A DNA stretch of 64,000 nt from Bradymonadales bacterium (GTDB lineage: Bacteria; Myxococcota_A; Bradymonadia; JAFGEP01). The stretch covers positions 104,091 through 168,090 of the forward strand of contig JAFGEP010000096.1 of the NCBI GenBank assembly GCA_016931535.1, read 5' to 3'. Position numbers and translations under genes: made by a program. Position 1 is the stretch's first letter, and every line of letters starts with the position of its first letter. Below the pieces are notes generated by a model. That model saw nothing but the letters and a program-made list of their open reading frames with translations. It had not been told where the DNA came from and did no database searches. Below, in pieces: positions 60,002 through 64,000 of the stretch.

Positions 60002-61468
60002 TCAGCCTTTCATGACGGCGATGGGTTTGAGACGGGCCACTTTTTTGGCGATGCCGGCCCGATGGACGACGTCCACGACCGAGGAGACGTCCTTGTAGGC
60101 TTCCGGCATCTCCTCGTTGACTGTGGCTCGACTGGCGGCGCGCAGTCGGATGCCCTGGCGTTTGAGCTCGGCGGTGATGTCCCGTTTGTGGGCCTTTTTC
60201 TTGGCGGCCATGCGGCTGAGCAGGCGGCCGGCGCCGTGGCAGGTGCTGCCGAAGGTTTCCTGGTAACCCATCTGGGTGCCGACCAGGACGAAGGAGTATC
60301 GGCCCATGTCGCCCGGGACCAGGACCGGCTGTCCGATCTGACTGTAGGCGGCGGGCAGGTCCGGGTGACCTGGTGGAAAGGCGCGGGTCGCGCCCTTTCG
60401 ATGGACGCAGAGCCTCCTTTGCGCTCCCTGGACTTGGTGCACCTCCAGCTTGGCGATGTTGTGGGCCACGTCGTAGACCAGCTCGATGCGGTGGCTGGCA
60501 GGGCCGATCTGGAACAGCTGCTCGACACAGAGGCGGAGCTGGGCGGTGATCAACTGGCGATTGGCAAAGGCGTAGTTGGCCGCGGCGGCCATGGCGCCCA
60601 GGTAGGCTCTCCCCTGCTCGCTATCCAGCGGTGCGGCGCAGAGCTGGGGGTCGGGCAGGTCGATGCCGTACTTGCGGGAGGCCTCGAGCATGACGGGCAA
60701 GAACTCGTCACACACCTGGTAGCCGAGGCCACGGCTGCCGGTGTGGATCAAGAAAGTGACGGTGTTGAGCTCCAGTCCCAGAATGCGGGCAACCGTTTCG
60801 TCGTAGATCTCGTCCACGTAGCCGATCTCGCAGAAATGGTTGCCGCTGCCCAGGGTGCCAAGCTGGGGCGCTCCCCGTGTCCGGGCTCTGGGGCTGACCT
60901 GGTCGGGCCTTGCCCCCTCGATGCAGCCGCGATCCTCGATGAACTCCAGGTCCCGCTCGGTCCCATGCCCCTGGCGGATGCACCAGCGGGCCCCCTGTGA
61001 GAGGACGGCGTCCATGGCCTTGGGGTCCAGCCGGATGTCCTGTCGGGTGGCTCCCACCCCGGCAGGGATCCTGGCATATAGCCCGTTCAGGAGATCCCCC
61101 AGCGAGCGACGGACGGCATCCAGCTCGAGATCGGAGCGGAGCAGTCGGACCCCGCAGTTGATGTCAAACCCGACGCCCCCGGGGGAGATGATCCCGCTGG
61201 AGGCATCGAAGGCGGCCACGCCTCCGATGGGGAATCCATAGCCCCAGTGGATGTCGGGCATGGCCATGGACGGGCCGACGATCCCTGGCAACTGGGCCAC
61301 GTTGGACACCTGGTCGAGACAGGGATCGTTTCGGACCGACTCGACCAGCTCATCCCCCAAGAAAATGAGACCCTCTGTGCGCATGGCGCCGGTTCTGGCG
61401 ATGCGCCATCGGATGTCGTCAACCCGCTCCAGGTTGCCCGCGTGCTTCCGGCTAGATTGCTTGGACAC
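60002..61468 (-). CDS. rtcB: RNA-splicing ligase RtcB (3'-phosphate/5'-hydroxyl nucleic-acid ligase)
   Basis: Aligns end-to-end with Pyrococcus RtcB: MPDIHWGYGFPIGGVAAFD, GFDINCGVRL, GSGNHFCEI, HTGSRGLG, HRKGATRAFPPGH, STCHGAGR. GTG at 61468 preceded by a GGAGGAG RBS. The ORF-track start at 61600 would overlap archease. Confidence 0.88.
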   Translation of the reverse strand: MSKQSSRKHAGNLERVDDIRWRIARTGAMRTEGLIFLGDELVESVRNDPCLDQVSNVAQLPGIVGPSMAMPDIHWGYGFPIGGVAAFDASSGIISPGGVGFDINCGVRLLRSDLELDAVRRSLGDLLNGLYARIPAGVGATRQDIRLDPKAMDAVLSQGARWCIRQGHGTERDLEFIEDRGCIEGARPDQVSPRARTRGAPQLGTLGSGNHFCEIGYVDEIYDETVARILGLELNTVTFLIHTGSRGLGYQVCDEFLPVMLEASRKYGIDLPDPQLCAAPLDSEQGRAYLGAMAAAANYAFANRQLITAQLRLCVEQLFQIGPASHRIELVYDVAHNIAKLEVHQVQGAQRRLCVHRKGATRAFPPGHPDLPAAYSQIGQPVLVPGDMGRYSFVLVGTQMGYQETFGSTCHGAGRLLSRMAAKKKAHKRDITAELKRQGIRLRAASRATVNEEMPEAYKDVSSVVDVVHRAGIAKKVARLKPIAVMKG

Positions 61469-61574
61469 GGTGGTGCTCCTCGGGTCCACCCCCGACCGCC
61501 AAGGGGCAAGCCCAACACGGCCTCGGTGTGCGGTCCTGAGCCCTTGCCGATGGAAGGGAGAACCGATCTTTATG

Positions 61575-62042
61575 CTATACGTCGAAGACCAGATCGGCAA
61601 ACCAGATCGGGGTCTCGATATAATCCTGATCCCGGCGGGCGTTGGTTTTCGGGGCAGCCTTTTCCCGTTCGACCTTCAGCTCATGGTAGGTGATCGCCTT
61701 GATCTCCCGCAGACCGACATGGTGATTGGGATCGAAGGTCAGACAACGGGTGGCGACCTGGAGCTGGTCTCCATGCAGATGCGCTTTTACAGCCACGGGG
61801 AGGAGTCGATGCACGTCGAAGCAGAACAAAAGTTCGCGAAGGAGCTCGACCAGGCGCTCTTCGGGGGTTGGTCGGCAAATGGTGAAGCTTCGGTCGATCT
61901 CCTCGCCGTCCAGCCCTTCGGCGATGATCTCGGTCATGGCCAGTGCCGCCGATTCGTACAGGTCGGTCTCGCGGGCCCCATGCAGGCGGATCTTGATATC
62001 GGCAGTGTGTTCGAGCCACTCGTACTGGGGGATCCGCCTCAT
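61575..62042 (-). CDS. Archease (RtcB activator)
   Basis: YEWLEHTADIKIRLHG...ITYHELKVE, typical of the archease family, immediately upstream of rtcB. Confidence 0.85.
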   Translation of the reverse strand: MRRIPQYEWLEHTADIKIRLHGARETDLYESAALAMTEIIAEGLDGEEIDRSFTICRPTPEERLVELLRELLFCFDVHRLLPVAVKAHLHGDQLQVATRCLTFDPNHHVGLREIKAITYHELKVEREKAAPKTNARRDQDYIETPIWFADLVFDV

Positions 62043-62099
62043 GGATCGATCTCGTTTTCGGACATGGGATGTTGGCGTGCAGAGGGACTCGCGGTCAGG

Positions 62100-63212
62100 T
62101 CAACTGCGGCCCTGCCTTTTCAGGATCTCTTCCTGTAGGACCTGGATGGCAAGCTGCCGCACCTCCTCGCGCAAGAACTGGTCCACCCTTTCCTGCATGT
62201 AGTTGCGAAGCCGTAATTCCAGCCCGTCGCGGAACAGCTGTCGCAAAGCGTCTCGAACGATGGGAGGCAGAAGCTCTCGCAAGACCGCGCGCAGCTCTTG
62301 TTGATCCACGTAGGGGGTGGCCGCTGGCCGGACCTCCGCTGGAGGGACCACCATGGCAGCGGGTCGCTGAGGAGCAGGGGGGGCGACCGGTACCGCAGCA
62401 GGAGGGGGGACCCGCATCGAGGGCGAGGTGGGGGACTGTGACGTCGGCGGCTGAAACCCTCGGGGGAGACGACCGCTCGGGGGGCGCGGCGGCGCAGGGA
62501 TTTGTTGTCCGGTGGCGTAGCGTGGGCCGGGTGGATAGGAGGCCCGTTGACTGGACGACACCTCGCGGGAGGCGGGGCCGCGCCCGATCCCTCCTGCCGT
62601 CGCAGGGGAGGGATAGGATTCCTGGGCCGCAGGAGCCGAAGCCGCCATGTAGCTTCCGGAGGGAAGGGGCTGCACTGCCGGCGCGGGGGCCACGTAGCTG
62701 GGCCCCCGGAACGGCTGCTCCGCAGGGGGTGCTCCCCGGGGAGGAGGGGTAGGGGCATAGGGCGCCGGTTGACCGACCGGTTGTGGAGGGGGCGGGGAGT
62801 AGGCCGGCTGTTCGATGCGGGGTGCGGAGGGTACCCGGAAAGCCGGCGCTGCCGCCAGGAGCCTGTTGAGGGTGGTGAGCAGCTCTTCGGTCAGAAAAGG
62901 CTTTATCAGGACGGCATCCGCTCCCGATGCATAGGCCTGGTTTTCATTGAAGGGGGCATAGCTGCCCCCCAGGATGATGGTGGGCACGTGGGCGGTGGCG
63001 GGGTTGCTCTTGATCTCCCGGCACAGGTCCAACCCGCTGACGTCGGGCAGGACGTAGTTGATCAGCAGCAGGCCGATGGCATACTGGTAGATTGCCTGGC
63101 GGCACTGTGCCCCGTTGGTCGTGGCGATCAGATCATGCCCGGAGCCCTTGAGGGCCATCTCCACCACGCGGCGAATCGTTTGACTCTCTTCAACTACAAG
63201 TACGATTGCCAT
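62100..63212 (-). CDS. FrzS-like pseudo-receiver protein (REC-like domain lacking the phospho-accepting Asp, Pro-rich linker, C-terminal coiled coil)
   Basis: CheY-like fold MAIVLVVEESQTIRR... but LLLINYVLPDVSG has Asn in place of the phosphorylated Asp. A ~170-aa Pro-rich linker follows, then a charged helical C-terminus. Confidence 0.65.
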   Translation of the reverse strand: MAIVLVVEESQTIRRVVEMALKGSGHDLIATTNGAQCRQAIYQYAIGLLLINYVLPDVSGLDLCREIKSNPATAHVPTIILGGSYAPFNENQAYASGADAVLIKPFLTEELLTTLNRLLAAAPAFRVPSAPRIEQPAYSPPPPQPVGQPAPYAPTPPPRGAPPAEQPFRGPSYVAPAPAVQPLPSGSYMAASAPAAQESYPSPATAGGIGRGPASREVSSSQRASYPPGPRYATGQQIPAPPRPPSGRLPRGFQPPTSQSPTSPSMRVPPPAAVPVAPPAPQRPAAMVVPPAEVRPAATPYVDQQELRAVLRELLPPIVRDALRQLFRDGLELRLRNYMQERVDQFLREEVRQLAIQVLQEEILKRQGRS

Positions 63213-63422
63213 CGGATTCAGCTCATACTAGCGTGTCACTCACTGCTAGCACGCCAGCATCCGAAGCGTCAAGAAGTGGCCTTCGGGGACCCGATGAACC
63301 GCTGTCGGGCGCAGTCACCCAACTGGCAACGGATGGCGGGGTGCAAACTAGTTTGATCCCGGCCGGTTTGGCGGTAATCTGTGACGTCGCACCAAGGGGG
63401 TGCGCAGGGTAGGGAGAGTTCG

Positions 63423-64000
63423 ATGGTACGCGCCTTGATCTGGCCGACGGCAGCCGTCTCGACCTTCTGGCTGCTCTTTCTTCTGAACACCGATGCGCTG
63501 GCACAGGATCAGCCGGCGCGCATCGTGATGTCGCAGGATACCGACGAATGGCATACGGGGAGCTTCTCGACCGGTGCGTCCGTGCAACGGTTGGAATCCG
63601 GGTGTGGCGGGATCATCTCCGAACTGCCCAGCTTCATCCTGGATCTCGAGCAGGATGGATGGGTAGAGATATCGCTGATGCCCGGCGACGACCAAGGGGC
63701 CGCCCTGGTGTTGCGAAGAGGGGGTGAAACACGCTGTGCCGATAACCGCCAGGATCGCGACGAGCCCCTGCAGATCGAGGATTTCCTGGTGGCCGGAGAG
63801 TACTACCTCTACGTGGGCCGGCTCGATGGGGTGAGGCCGGGCGAGTTTCGCCTCCATGTGCAGGGTGGCCCCACGGCGGTCGCCAACCGGATGAGGCGGA
63901 ACAGGGCGATGCGGTTCACGGGGATCAGCGGGGGCGAGGCAGAGGCTGCCTCCCGCCTGGCAGGCTGTCCGGGAGCCATCAGCCTCAGCCCCAATCACGT
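63423..64000 (+). CDS. Secreted hypothetical protein, 3'-truncated at the window end
   Basis: ATG 63423, signal peptide MVRALIWPTAAVSTFWLLFLLNTDALAQD. Open to the window edge, so absent from the ORF track. Preferred over the overlapping minus-strand ORF 63348..63998. Confidence 0.5.
   Translation, partial: MVRALIWPTAAVSTFWLLFLLNTDALAQDQPARIVMSQDTDEWHTGSFSTGASVQRLESGCGGIISELPSFILDLEQDGWVEISLMPGDDQGAALVLRRGGETRCADNRQDRDEPLQIEDFLVAGEYYLYVGRLDGVRPGEFRLHVQGGPTAVANRMRRNRAMRFTGISGGEAEAASRLAGCPGAISLSPNH

Noticed and set aside
59852-61000. 382-aa plus-strand ORF
   Set aside because: Antisense to rtcB.
63348-63998. 216-aa minus-strand ORF
   Set aside because: Overlaps a plus-strand ORF that starts at ATG 63423 with a clean signal peptide. 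The minus-strand translation is Pro/Arg-rich without features.

Overview
This 64-kb window is about 67% GC and gene-dense, with no rRNA, CRISPR array or transposase/integrase. It is most likely from a Myxococcota (delta-proteobacterial) chromosome. The taxonomic call is an inference from several features: an M4-type metalloprotease ending in a MYXO-CTERM-like GCGC/hydrophobic/Arg-rich tail, Cys-rich repeats, a eukaryotic-like Ser/Thr kinase, two sigma-54 enhancer-binding proteins and a FrzS-like pseudo-receiver. The housekeeping backbone is recognisable: gap-pgk-tpiA, then a type-II tRNA-Leu, serS and secG, all on the minus strand; gcvPB; RNase P RNA (rnpB); tRNA-Thr(CGT); rtcB plus archease; a PspA-family gene; lolA-like and parA-like genes; a thermonuclease lipoprotein; and a CNNM/CorC transporter. 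The more unusual content is as follows. (i) A six-gene plus-strand cluster sits 41 nt downstream of rnpB and is followed by a ~450-nt hexamer-repeat array and tRNA-Thr. It encodes an MTAN/futalosine-hydrolase-like nucleosidase, a GT2 glycosyltransferase, a ParB-like nuclease-domain protein, an SPL-family (spore-photoproduct-lyase-like) radical SAM enzyme, a small basic protein and an OB-fold/HD-domain YhaM-like nuclease. I propose it as a candidate nucleic-acid modification/repair or defence module; the function is not known. (ii) An orphan PAAR-domain gene lies beside two unknown genes in a slightly lower-GC patch. (iii) An outer-membrane beta-barrel-like protein immediately precedes a ~13-heme c-type cytochrome, a possible porin-cytochrome pair. 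(iv) A type-II tRNA whose anticodon reads AAG sits 10 nt upstream of serS. (v) SecG carries a ~150-aa Pro/Glu-rich tandem-repeat tail. (vi) A 1333-aa sigma-54 activator has a degenerate NTPase/TPR N-terminal region. Because of the high GC content, many long antisense ORFs in the six-frame track are artefacts and were rejected.
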